A stretch of 64,000 nucleotides of DNA, taken from Bugula neritina (taxonomy: Eukaryota; Animalia; Bryozoa). Made by a program: the position numbers and the translations under genes. Below the pieces are notes generated by a model, which was not told the DNA's origin, searched no databases, and was given only the letters and a program-made list of their open reading frames with translations. Shown here one piece after another: positions 38,481 to 50,900 of this stretch. Numbering within the stretch: position 1 is the first letter of the stretch; each line of letters opens with the position of its first letter. The stretch covers positions 3,129,538 to 3,193,537 of the forward strand of contig OZ037772.1 of assembly GCA_964035545.1 (NCBI GenBank), given 5' to 3'.

Positions 38481-39635
38481 ACATACACTTGAGCTGTCAT
38501 ATGGAATAGACTTACCCTGGCTAAGACTGATGACATTTGGATGTACGTTAAACTTTATTGCTGCCTTTGACAGCGCTTCATGTATATACTATGCAGTACT
38601 AATATTTTATATATTATACATAATATATAATACAAGTACCTCTACAGCCTTGGTTGCCATATCGTCACACGCCACATACCACTGTGGTTTGGGTATCGGC
38701 TCAATGATATCTTTAGATCGACTATAACACAAGAGAACACAGTGTGGAGGTCATTGTTAACAGACAGACTCACATAGTAACAGTTCAACTCAACAGAATT
38801 GTAAAATATGGTGGATATGTTAATGGAGCTATTCTTTAGGAGAACAAGAGAGGACAACTTCTATTACATTGAGATCTGTAACTATGAGTCATTTTACTTA
38901 ATTTAGCACACAGAGCCATATACCTCTAGCTTTTAGCTATTGTTCACAGTTGAGCTGCTAATTCATCATTTTAATGTAAGAAACTATACACATTAGCAGC
39001 TAAACTGTGAAAAATAGCCAAGAACCAGAGATATATGGTGTGTACTAAACTAAGTAAAATGACTCACAAGTAAACATGACTAGGAAAAGTTCAGGATCTA
39101 ACTGGACGTTTATGAAGAAAATGTAATGGAACTTGTAGAAATCTAACAAGTTGGGATAAAATTGTAGAGAGAAGACGACTCACCTACATACAGGAACTAC
39201 CATAGGGTTGTCTTCCTTTCCTTTGTATAGCCCCAAGTCTTCCAACCTTTTCTGAACAGCTTTACAGGCATCAAACCTGCACATGAAACTTACATGGAGT
39301 ATAAATTGCTAATAGACTCACACCTGTCACCTGCTCACACCTGTCACCTGTACACAAATGGTATTAAACCACTAAAACCTATGTAGATCAATATTATCTT
39401 GCTATCAAGTTGACTAATTGTGAAACAGCCAAAATAGGAAAATAAGACCTTGTAGTGCAGTGAGCAAGGCAAGTTCAAGCCATACAACTTTAACATGTTG
39501 CATTACAGAAGAAAGACCTGCTTCATTTTGGTAAATAACTATAGGTAATATTGGGAGTTACGCCACCTTTGAGTAACAACATGGAGTTGTGTTTCTTTTC
39601 ATAAACGCAAAAAGGTAAAAATTACTTGTTTCTTC

Positions 39636-39770
39636 GAGGTAGCACAACTCCTAATTGTGTGACATATTTCTAAGTTGAAATGGTTTTTTCTTGCATTTTA
39701 TATTATATAATGCAAGGAAAAACCATATCAACTTAGAAATATGTCACACAATTAGGAATTATGCCGCCTC
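39636..39770. repeat. Near-perfect 135-bp palindrome (foldback)
   Basis: Arms ...cctaattgtgtgacatatttctaagttga...ttgcatt and aatgcaa...tcaacttagaaatatgtcacacaattagg... Confidence 0.9.
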
Positions 39771-39968
39771 TTTGTCAAAAACACGGATTACTAGATTCAC
39801 ACACCAAACAGTACTCGCTGCTATATGAATAGACTTCAATTTAGTTCTCCCTCTGTATCTCAGTAAGCTGAGGGACCTGACACCTCAATTCATGACACAG
39901 TAGAATTCTTACCATAGCAGAATACCATATTTAACACACGGATCTGTTAAATTATTTTGTCCCTACAC

Positions 39969-40199
39969 ACAACAGGCTATGAATATACAGGACAACAGGC
40001 TATGAATATACAGGACAGCAGGCTATGAATATACAGGACAACAGGCTATGAATATACAGGACAACGGGTTATGAATATACAGGACAACAGGCTATGAAAA
40101 TACAGGACAACAGGCTATGAATATACAAGACAACAGGCTATGAATATACAGGACAACAGGCTATGAATATACAGGACAACAGGCTATGAATATACAGGA
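39969..40199. repeat. 23-bp minisatellite (acaacaggctatgaatatacagg), 10 copies
   Basis: Direct reading; lies at the donor end of a VARS intron. Confidence 0.95.
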
Positions 40200-42974
40200 A
40201 ACAGAGCACCTGTCCCAAACTCCATCTCCACAAAGTCGTAAGCCACAATAGGTATTCTCCTGTCAGCAAAAGGATGTCTCACAAATTTCCCGTGTAAGTG
40301 TTTGTATCGGCCGTCTTCAGGGTGGACAGCCACGGCAGTGTCACCTACAATAGTAACCAGACTTTATAGACTCTCACAGTATTGAGTATTGATATACAAT
40401 TATATACTTACAGAGTGTTTACCAGATCCAACTTCACAGTCACTATACTCAGAGTACACAACTCCCAGTAAGTTAGTATCAAGCTAATTAACCACTAACC
40501 CCCTATTCACACTTACCGTATCGTACGCCGTAACAGCAAATATCAGCCATTTTTACAAATGTCTGAGCTTCCTGTACGGTGTTGCGGTACGGTAGGATCA
40601 AGCACTGTTTGATTCAAATAAGTTGCGGCGGACTCCTATGGGACAGAAAAACTTTTGCGTTAATTCATTGGATATAAATGTCCAATGTAGCGTCATAGAT
40701 CGTACCTAATAGCGGTTTTTGAAAACTTCAACCCGCACCTTAAACCAGTATGGAATAAAAAAATTAAAGAACTTAGGCTATCTCAAGTTCTCCACTACTG
40801 CTCCTAAGTGAGAAAGTAAGAATAGTTAGAGAGATCTACTGGAGTTACTTCAACTGGCAGCAAAAGTCAGCCATTATTACATTGCTAAGCAACAAAGCTA
40901 TTAGTGACATTGATGTCTCCTAACCCAACATAGTTTCTAATCTAGTTGTGGTCACAATGATCTCTACGTCAGAGTCTTCTATTTTATATGCAAAGGAAAG
41001 GAGAACTCCGAACTCCACCTTCTCCTTGTAGCCCGGCACAGAGAGCATAGTCCTTCCTGTCAACTCTACTTTGTCTACCTGCAATCAGTGATACAACTCT
41101 CTCAGACTATACAGGTCAAAGGTTAAACTGTAGTGTGTGCCTCTGAGTCACTGCGTCCTCATTCTTTTCTATTAGTTCACATTGTGTAAATGTATGCTCG
41201 TACGAATGAATATGTGGCTGTGGTCTCATTGATGTATTCATTCAAAGATAGTCATAATGTAATATATCAGGCTGTGTCTGAATACTACTATTAGGTTAGT
41301 TACCACCAACACACAAGTCTCGCAGTGAATAAACAGTTGACGTACACACAGCCGGGAGTCAGACTGATACTGTACGATATACCTCAATATCAGAGATGGC
41401 AGAGTTGAGAGTACAGGACCAGTTGACCAGTCGGTTAGCTCTGTAGATCACACCTTTCTCGTGCATTCTGATAAACGCTTCGTTCACCGCTTTCACAGAT
41501 TTCTAATAAACAATTATATATGAGTCACGTGTCAAGTGTGAACTGATTGGAGATCAGGCCTCATGATTAACCAATCATAGAGAGGATAACACACTGAGTC
41601 AGTAAACAGCCGACACGACATATAGACTCCACTACTCAAACATAATACATGTATAGAGAGGATAACTCCTCACCTCATCCATAGTGAACGTAGTTCTGTC
41701 CCAGTCATAAGACCCGCCCACTTTCCTCAACTGATGGTAGATTCTGTCTCCTTTTCTATAGAAATTATATAATAACACTGACCAATCGTTGTGCTGCAAA
41801 ACATATATTAGCAACTTAAATAATGAGACCAATGATAGAGTGTGACGAAGTAAACCTATATTTAACTTTTTGTATATTCAATTATATATAAGAATTTTAT
41901 CATATTAACGCTATTATATTATCTTATATCAAACTGTAGCAACTGCACACCAATAAGATAAAATAAAAACTTAAACCCGAATACTAAGTCGCTATGAACT
42001 GCATTTTCAAGATAAAATATTCCCTTACTGGTTCTTCCAGTCCCACACTCGTCTCACAAACTCATCTCTTCCCAAATCGTGTCGAGTTTTATTCTCTTCT
42101 CTAGTGAGTTTTTTCTCGACGACAACTTGAGTGGCTATTCCTGCGTGATCACATCCGGGCACAAACAGTGTCACCTTCCCATTCATCCGGTGCCTGACAA
42201 TACAACAGAACTGACACCTGCAAACACCTGAGAATGCAAGCATATCAGACACCTGTAGATATTCTGGAAAGGTGCTGAGAGAAATATCTGTGGTTGAAAC
42301 AACATCAATATAATAGATGAATGACTTATGCCAACCGGTACTTAACACAAATTTTATCAGCATTCAAAAAAGAATTAACAGGGGGATGTTTATAGCCTGT
42401 CTGTGGAATATGTCAAAGTGACTTGGCAAGATGCCGAAATGTCATGTAGTCACCACCAGAGGAATGGTGTCTACTGTTACATGCTATAAGCTACGTACAC
42501 CACCAGTTTAGTGACTAGGTAAGTACGGAGTTGTCTCATCTATATGAATGAACATCTTACCACCGAACTATCGCATCCTCAACTGCCCCCGTGAGGGCGT
42601 GTCCTAGGTGAAGAGTCCCGGTCACATTAGGGGGAGGGATCATGATGATAAACTTCTCTTCAGGTGTGAGTTTCAGCACATCTCTACCTGTTACAAAGCA
42701 ACCAATCACATCTCTCTCGGTTACAAAGTAAAAAGCAACCAATCACAGTAACTGTTACAACAGAGTAACAAATCACACCTCTACGTGTTAGAAGTAACCA
42801 ATCACACATTATAGACTTTACTAGGATAAGAAGTGTACCTTTGAGATTATACTCAGGTTTGAAGAATCCTTCCTTCTCCCACCAAGAGTACCAGGCAGCT
42901 TCCACATAGGACGGGGAGTAAGAATCAGGCATGGGATACGTCGTGTCTAGAATAACAGAAAACTATAAAGTATA

Positions 42975-43095
42975 GGGGAGCAGCTGTGGTCTAGGGGTTA
43001 GAGCGTTTGTCTAGTGAACATGAAGCCATTGTTTGACAAAGGCCATTGTGATGTTAGGAAGAGCATCCAGTCATAATTGCTCCTGTGCCACATCT
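42975..43095 (+). mobile_element. tRNA-derived SINE fragment
   Basis: gcagctgTGGTCTAGGGGttagagcgtttgtctagtgaaca ... gatgttaggaagagcatcc; homologous to 15571-15671. Confidence 0.55.
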
Positions 43096-45499
43096 AAATA
43101 AGTCCTTAGCCTGTTTTAACAAAAATGCTTTCCACCAGGAGTCTCTCACAAGGTTGGTGACTATACACTGATATCTAGATATACTAAGTTGAGACTTGTC
43201 TTCTACTGGTCCATACAGTTCAAATATGATAAACACATGTATAAATACAATAATCTATTCATAGCCCATAGTCTAACCACCAACAAGGACGAATAAATAA
43301 GACTGTGGCCTGACACTACTACTACTACAACTTATATAACTTACACACAACAGATTGTTAGGAGTATTTGAATCTGAGGCTATCCAATGTATGAGTAGGG
43401 CAGCCCTAAATGTAGGATATTGGAATACCATGTCTTATTACTACAGTCTGAAGCAGTGTTTATACCTTCACGATTTTCAGTCAGAAATTCAATTTTGCCG
43501 AGTCGCATTTCATTCTAAAAGCCAATCATCAAAATTTTTGCTTTGTACATGCCTAATCAAATAATTTTAGAGTAACAATCAAAGGGAATGATAACTCCTT
43601 TAGATATGGGGTATTCATGTTTATAATTACATCGGCTGTCTTTTTCAATTATCACTTTTATGCTGTCAACTTAATTTATTACGTTTTCAAAGGGCATCAA
43701 ATAGTGATTAAGCGAGTTATATTTGAGTATTACAGAGTGAGCTTCCTTATTAATATGATTTCAACAATTTTAAGTAAGACTGCTTACACACATAACTGTG
43801 TGTTCACTACCGAGCAGTGTACACTGATAAATCAGTGCTTCAACTGAAACTTGTAAGTAAAGGAATGAAGAGCTCAATTGAGTATAAAATGTAGAGAATA
43901 ATTGAACTGAACCTTTCTTATGGCCAACTGGTGTGTCATCGACATACGTTACTACAGCCTTCTCCTTTTTCTCTTTCACTTTTTTCTAGAAAAAAAAATC
44001 AAATTTGAAGAAAATAAAATGGAAATTGTTAGCTGCAGATACAGACAACTTCCAGGTAAAAGTACAGCCATACAGTCCCAATACGAATATGTAATTCAAG
44101 TAACACTTTCATGTAGAAGTACAACCATAAATATGAATAGAAAGTAACACAAATATATACATTTAGGAGCAGTAGTGTAGAAATCGAGATAGCCTAGGTT
44201 CTTTAATCTTATCAAATTTTGGTTTGGGGTTTGGGTTGAAATTCTTACAAAAACACAACTTCTTATGCTACATTTCTAATCTAGAACACAGGCTTTCTCA
44301 ATTTCTCCATTACTGCACCTACCTTAGTATATATAGAACCTGTAACTAACTAAACAGACACCTCAGTAGTCGTGGCAGACTCTGCCTTCTGTTTAGCCTG
44401 CTTAGCTTGAAACTTGGCTAGTTTAGCAGCTTTAGCAGCTTCTTTCTTCAACTCTTTCTCAGATTTCACCTTTACCTCGCCAGTTGGCGCATCACCAGGG
44501 TTCACTTCCGACATGTTCGTTTATTGTGAGACTTTCCTTAAAACACAATCAGCCGGCATGGAACTAATAGATATCTCAATACTAAACATACAAACTACTG
44601 ACCCAGTATAGTTATAGACAGATATCTTAATACTAATAATATAAACTAATGGCTCAGTATTGCGTTAGTTATGCGTGGGGGTTCAGTGATAACACTCCTA
44701 TAAACCACACAGTTCAATAATAAAAGACTGTGACTTTTCACGAACAGACATTTCATCTCTGATTCTAATGAAAAATCACGAAATTTTCAGACAAACGATA
44801 CTGCATTTCAACTTTGTGACTATCACATAATAATAATCATTGTCATTTGAAAGATTCTGCTAAAATCGAAATGCCAATGTTAATCACAAGGTCAACCATA
44901 AATGACTCAGTCTGATGACTGACAATTATGCTTAATGATTAATTAGTAAGATGAATAGATTGCAAGTGATCAGCATGATGATGGTGATGATTGCTTTTCA
45001 CCATCAAAGGTCAAACTTTGTAATTGCAGCTTGAAATGTAAAATTAAACAATATTACTTTTATTTAATTATACAAGTATAACTTACTATCATAACAACAT
45101 TCAACTTTATGTAGTCATTATGAACATGATAACGGTTTACCTTTTACTTTAGGTGATAATTATACTATTCACGATTATCATTATGTCTACCATTATGATT
45201 ATCTCAACTTTAACTTATCAATTACGATAATTAACCATTTGTTTTTAATGATAAAAACTTAAATCATTGAATGAACATTAAAAATGATTTAATTTCACAC
45301 TTTTATTATCATAACTATGAAATTATTATTAATAGGCATATTTGATTTTTAGATTACAATAATAATTATCAAATCATGGTATAGAATTAAATAATTATTA
45401 TAGTTAATATTATTATAAATATAATTAATATAATTGTATTTATTGAAACTAAAATAGTAAGGTAAACTAAATGAATTATCGACATGAGTATGAGTAGGC

Positions 45500-45990
45500 A
45501 GTATGAGAAGGTGCAGCAGCAATTTGAGATCCCCGTTTGCAATACCTCATCAAAGATATAGAACAGGTGCAAAATAATGCAATCAGATTCATTGCTAAAT
45601 TGAAAGGCAGAGACAGTATCACTGTGGCACGTGACAAACTAAACCTAGAATCTCTCCCCGACAGACGCTTCAAGCTGAGGCACAAGTTACTGTTGCGACT
45701 TCTATCTAATGAGGGAAATCAGGCATCTCTAACCAACTCCTATGAACTGATGAACAGTAAAACCTAAAAGACTAGGTTTACTAAGGCATCAAGCAGGGAC
45801 GATCCCCCAACCATTTTTGCAAAATCAGCAGCCTACTACAGCAGCTTCTTTCCAAAAACAGCCCGAGAGCTTAAGTCTATACTAAATAATTAGTCAATAC
45901 ACCAGAGTGAGAGTTGTATATGTGCAACATACTGAAAATACTTGCTAGCCTGTAATCGGCAACTGTAGAGGTGTGCCTCTTGCTACATGC
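45500..45990 (+). mobile_element. Degenerate LINE 3' end fragment
   Basis: AAI*DPRLQYLIKDIEQVQNNAIRFI..LNLESLPDRR...YYSSFFPKTAREL, a LINE ORF2 C-terminus related to 9463-9935. Confidence 0.8.
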
Positions 45991-46690
45991 TCTAATGATA
46001 ATCTTGATCATAATCAATATGAATATCAATATCATGTTATACTTATTCAATAATTATAACTGATTGATTCTTATTCATATTAATAATGAATAAAAATTAT
46101 ATTAACACTACAACTTACTTAATTAGAGTATTAGTATTAGTATTACTATTACTATCACTTACAACTTGCTTATGCAAGAGAATTAAAATATCTTTAAAGC
46201 GTAGCATCCTTTTCAAGCAAAATAAGGATAATAAGTTTCGTCAAATTGAGTTAAAAACTACAACTTATAGGTCACAAGTATAAAGCAAAGTCATCACTAA
46301 TCCTAGTGGGTACGGCAAGCATATAGCATAATTTATTTTACAATGCGACAAGATTATCTAGACGGTGCGCTTACGCCTCTCATTGTAGTTAAGCAATACC
46401 AATTGTATGGTTTTTATGACTTTAAAATCCGTTTTTGAGAAGCAAGGGCCTAGATAGAAATTAATGATCGATATTGACTCGCTAAGAGTACTCATGTAAA
46501 CCCGCAAACTACAACTTTTAACTTGACCGCAAAGCTGGAAGTACGATAAGCGTCGCCGTATTGATTTCAGGCGAATTTTAGTTGATTTCTTTCAAACTGC
46601 TGAGAAGTAATATTTGCTTCCATTTTATGTCTGTATCAGCCATCAGGGCTATCGCGATACAATTATAAATGTTCTTAATTCAATCAATAT

Positions 46691-46995
46691 TGTGGTGGCT
46701 CGTGGAGCTACCAGCAACACAATACGCGAGGTTGCATATTGACCCGGAACAATGTATTAGCCAATTAGCTAAGCTGTTGTATTAGTAATAGTAGCCGCTT
46801 CGCGCTACTAGCTCAGTTGAGGATAGTGCTGTAAACTAAATAGACGTGCGTATCATTACTGTTGTACATTGGATTTTTATTATGTATTCTTGTATTAAAT
46901 ATAACGATATCTGCTCGACTTAACTGGTGAAGTTTCTCTAGTGTTAAATAGACTCTCTTGGTGGCACATCAACCCTAAATCTGAAAACTATAACA
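46691..46995 (+). repeat. Gypsy 5' LTR
   Basis: Direct repeat of 53828-54132. Confidence 0.97.
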
Positions 46996-46996
46996 G

Positions 46997-47014
46997 TGGT
47001 GGCAGCGGTGGGAT
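46997..47014 (+). promoter_or_regulatory. Primer-binding site, tRNA-Leu (AAG/TAG type)
   Basis: TGGTGGCAGCGGTGGGAT is complementary to the conserved metazoan tRNA-Leu 3' end ATCCCACCGCTGCCA-CCA. Confidence 0.9.
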
Positions 47015-47028
47015 AGTGTATATCAAAG

Positions 47029-47895
47029 ATGGAGACTGAAAATGCTAGAATGCAACCACCCCCAGTAGAAGGTGAGCGTAGAAATGCTGTTAATCCTGTG
47101 AATCGTGAAGGAGAAGAAGCTTATAGACATTGCTTGAAAGCTCCCACCTTTACTGGGTCGGAAGATGTCGAACAATTTATACAAGAACTTAGAGAGGTAA
47201 TGGAAGTTGCTCAATGGCCGCATAGAGTGGCCCTTATCCAATTGCGGAGGGCGGTGACGGAGCAAGCCAAGCCGTACGGAGTGGGAACGGACGTAGACGG
47301 CATACTGGCTGCACTGCGGGCCCGTTTTGGCACCTCCGTCATAGACGCTAGGACCAAGCTGGAGAGATTGTGCCGCACCCCGCGGACCTCGCTGCAAGAA
47401 CATGCCGCGACGGTGAAGAAGCTGGCGCAGATTGCATATAGCGATCTGCCAGCACAACACCAAGAGCGTTACACCTATGACGCCTTTGTCCAGTCCCTAA
47501 ACGACCTGGGCCTAGACCATCACCTACGAGCTAAAGGGATAACCAGAATAGAGGATGCCCTGAAGGCTGGAGAAGCTTACCTGTTGGCTACCCAAATGCA
47601 TCGAGCACAAAGGAACCCCCCAGTAGTTGGAGTCAGCGCTGCCAGGGCTACGACAGGCTCCGGAGCCCTCCCGCTGGAAGCCGAAGTGGACCGCATGGTA
47701 GAGATGCTGGGACAATTGGTAACCATTCTGGCCGGTGCTGGCCCCGGTCAGGCCTTGCGGATGCCCCCAACATCTGTGGGGCAGGGCTGGAGTAGCGCTG
47801 ATCAGGACCAGGGACAGAAAGGACGACCCCAATACCAGGGGGCGTTAAACTGTCACGGCCCGCGGACACACTCCCTCCCCGCGGGCCGCAACTAA
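47029..47895 (+). CDS. gag: Gypsy Gag (288 aa, no CCHC knuckle)
   Basis: ORF directly after the PBS; KAPTFTGSEDVEQFI capsid-like start; helical capsid-like composition. Confidence 0.85.
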   Translation: METENARMQPPPVEGERRNAVNPVNREGEEAYRHCLKAPTFTGSEDVEQFIQELREVMEVAQWPHRVALIQLRRAVTEQAKPYGVGTDVDGILAALRARFGTSVIDARTKLERLCRTPRTSLQEHAATVKKLAQIAYSDLPAQHQERYTYDAFVQSLNDLGLDHHLRAKGITRIEDALKAGEAYLLATQMHRAQRNPPVVGVSAARATTGSGALPLEAEVDRMVEMLGQLVTILAGAGPGQALRMPPTSVGQGWSSADQDQGQKGRPQYQGALNCHGPRTHSLPAGRN

Positions 47896-47901
47896 AGGAG
47901 T
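47844..47901 (+). promoter_or_regulatory. Candidate -1 programmed ribosomal frameshift signal
   Basis: G_TTA_AAC in gag phase, followed by 10-bp stem CGGCCCGCGG/CCGCGGGCCG; loop ACTCC can pair with downstream GGAGT; -1 frame is open to 48305. Confidence 0.75.
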
Positions 47902-50900
47902 ATGGTGGAACGCGCCGTCGTCTGTCCGTACGGACACGGCGGAACATTCCACCCGAGTGGCAGGTACCACGCAGGACTAGTAGGCCCGCACAACGGCCCA
48001 GTACCTTCTCCCTGCCACTCGCTAACCGGTTTCACCGGTTACCTCGGGAAGAGGAGCCCGCCACGGAAATGGAGCCAGAAGGCCCAGTGGAGAGGCCCAA
48101 ACCCCGCCGGCACCAACCTCGCCGCCGGAAGCCCCGTAAACCACGGGTGAAACCCCCGCCGTCCTGTCAAACCAGGACAGCACATGCGGGGGGGGGTGAA
48201 AGTACAACCACATGGAGAGAGCTATTTCCTACCCGGAAAGGTGGCCGGCAACGCCGTCACTTTCCTGCTCGACTCCGGTTGTACTACCAACCTTCTCAGT
48301 CGTAGAGTCTTTGAGGCACTGCCCCGCCGGGACAGGGATAGAGTACGACCGTATACTGGAGAACATGGCACCCTGGCAGACGGGTCATGTATCCCCTTTT
48401 ATGGTATTATCGAGCTCCCTGGGCGTGTCCGAGATCAGGCTGTACAGGAGACCTTTATCATAGGTCAACTGGAAGAAGATGCTATCCTCGGAATGCCCTT
48501 CTTGAAGCAGCACCAGTGCCGAATAGATTTCAGTAAGTCGGTGGTGCTGATGGGCGGGCGAGAACTCGCCTGTGTGGATAAGTTTGGGCGTCCCCTGGTG
48601 GGCGGTGTTCAGGTAGTTCGAAACTGCACCGTACCCGGACGCTCCAGAGCTACCATCCACTGCCGAGTGAACAGCAACCGGATAGCCAGGCTCGGGGTCG
48701 TTGAAAGCGCGCACGAAAAGATCCAACTCGCCAGTAGTTTAAACCGACTAACTGAGCGAGGGGAGGTCTTAGTGCAGTGCGTCAACCCCTTTACCGAGCC
48801 CATTGAGCTCCCAGCTGGGTCAATGCTGGGCCGGTTCCATTTCGTCCAGGAAGAGGACGTGGGCCCGTCGCTGGGTGACGCGACGGAGGCACCCCCTCGA
48901 CACCCTATTCAGGGACGAGGGGCAGTCCCAACACATCTCCGGGAGTTATACGAAACAGCCAGTGGCGGCTGCGCGAGTAACAGAGAACGCCAAGCTATGG
49001 CCAAGTTACTACGCGACTACGGTGATGTGTTCAGCAGCGGAGAGCATGACGTGGGACTGACTGGAATTGTCAGACACGAAATACCGCTGACTGCAGGGAC
49101 AGTCCCTGTCCGGCAACCCACGCGCAGGCTGGGGCCGGAGAAAGAGAAGGAGGTTAGCCAACAAGTACGGGATCTTCTGGACCGGGGACTGATAGAGCCC
49201 GCCCATAGTGCGTGGAGCTCGCCAGTCGTACTGGTCCGGAAGAAAGACGGCAGTTGGCGGTTCTGTGTGGACTACCGCAAACTCAATAGCGTAACCATAC
49301 AGGACGCCTACCCTCTACCTCGTATTGACGAGTCATTGGACGCCCTAGCCGGCAGCAAGTACTTTAGTACGTTAGACTTGCTAAGCGACTACTGGCAGGT
49401 TCCTCTGAGTCCCGACGCCCAAGAGAAAGCGGCGTTTATCACACGGGACGGTTTGTGGAAGTGGAAGGTGCTGCCCTTCGGGTTAACCTCCGCCCCAGCC
49501 ACCTTCCAGAGGCTGATGGAACAAGTCCTTAGCGGACTCCATTGGAAGACACTGCTAGTCTACCTCGATGATGTCATCGTAATCTCTCCAGACTTCGAGA
49601 CACATGTCAGTCGTCTGCAGGAGGTTTTCGAGAGACTCCGAGGTGCCGGTCTTAAGCTCAAACCTTCCAAGTGCGCTCTGTTGCAGCCGGAGGTCAAGTA
49701 CCTGGGGCACAGTGTCGGTCGAAACGGCGTGGCAACGGATCCCGAAAAGGTACGGGCAGTAGAAGACTGGGTCACCCCCCAAGACTTGACCGGACTCCGG
49801 GCTTTCTTGGGGCTGGTAGGGTATTACAGGCAATACATACCAGACTTTGCGGGCATAGCCCAGCCGTTAAACCGGCTTACCGCAAAGGGAGTGACGTGGC
49901 AGTGGACTCCAGTCGAACAAGAAGCGTTCGACCGCCTCAAGGGCTGCCTCCTAACGGCGCCCATCTTGGCCTACCCAGACCCCACTCTGGAGTACATCCT
50001 AGACACGGACGCCAGTGACCAGAATGTTGGCGCTGTGCTGTCACAAGTGCAGGAAGGCCGAGAGGTAGTAGTAGCCTACTACAGCAAGTCTCTCTCTCCC
50101 GCTGAACGAAATTACTGCACTACCCGCAAGGAGCTGCTGGCAGTAATCAAGTCAGTGAAGCACTTCAGACCATACCTATAGGGCAGGAAGTTCCGGCTGC
50201 GTACGGATCATGCCTCGCTGATCTGGTTGTGCAGGAGAGCAGAGCCCTCTAGTCAGGTCGCCCGGTGGCTCGAAATCTTAGCTGAATTCTCGTACCGGAT
50301 CGAACACCTACCGGGCAAGAGACACAGCAATGCGGATGGGTTGAGTCGCCGACCTGACGGAGGTTGCAAACAGTGTCTCAACATTGAGAGGAGAGATGGA
50401 GGTCCCCCACGATGTGAGTTGGAGACGCTGGCTCATCACGGAGCACCGTTTGACTGGGATCAAGGTCAACTCAGGCAAAGAGTTGACGAGTCCCCGGAGG
50501 ATGTACAAAACCTCCGCGCCAACCCTGTACTGGCCGGTAATGTTCGAGAGCTGAAGAAGCTCCAAGAAGAGCTGCCTGGAGTCGTGGCAGACATATACCG
50601 GGCCAAAAGGGAAGGGCGACGACCCAGCGAGGAACGCATACGACAGGGATGCGCCGAGTTCCGGCTATACTGTCAGCGTTGGGACTCGCTGCGGATCGGG
50701 CAGGATGAATTGCTAACCATCTCTCTAGCCGCCAGCGGCAGACACCCGGAAAGGAAGAGGGTAGTCTGCCCCACAGCCATCCGCCGTGAGTTGATTTGGG
50801 ATACCCACAAGCAGGCCCACGCAGGGGTCAAGCGAGTGATATCCAAATTACGACTCCGGTGGTATTGGCCGCAGATGGAGCGTGACGTCCGGCTCAGAGT

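Larger units (their letters stand above)
37896..44514 (-). pseudogene. VARS1: Valyl-tRNA synthetase, 3'-truncated and internally deleted copy; open exons 44514-44362, 43985-43913, 42946-42839, 42687-42561, 42193-42029, 41755-41674, 41502-41383, 41078-40925, 40344-40210; residual exons 39276-39184, 38721-38640, ~38583-38516, 38007-37896
   Basis: [15 protein letters not shown] (HIGH), [76 protein letters not shown]; GAVKITPAHD and DWCISRQLWWGH exons not found; stop and frameshift in the last exon; no KMSKS half. Confidence 0.92.

Noticed and set aside
37896-44514. Functional full-length VARS gene
   Set aside because: Essential exons missing, stop and frameshift present, KMSKS and anticodon-binding half absent
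50179-50181. Programmed stop read-through in Gypsy pol
   Set aside because: TAG replaces the Tyr of the conserved YLYGRKF RNase H segment; a point mutation is more likely
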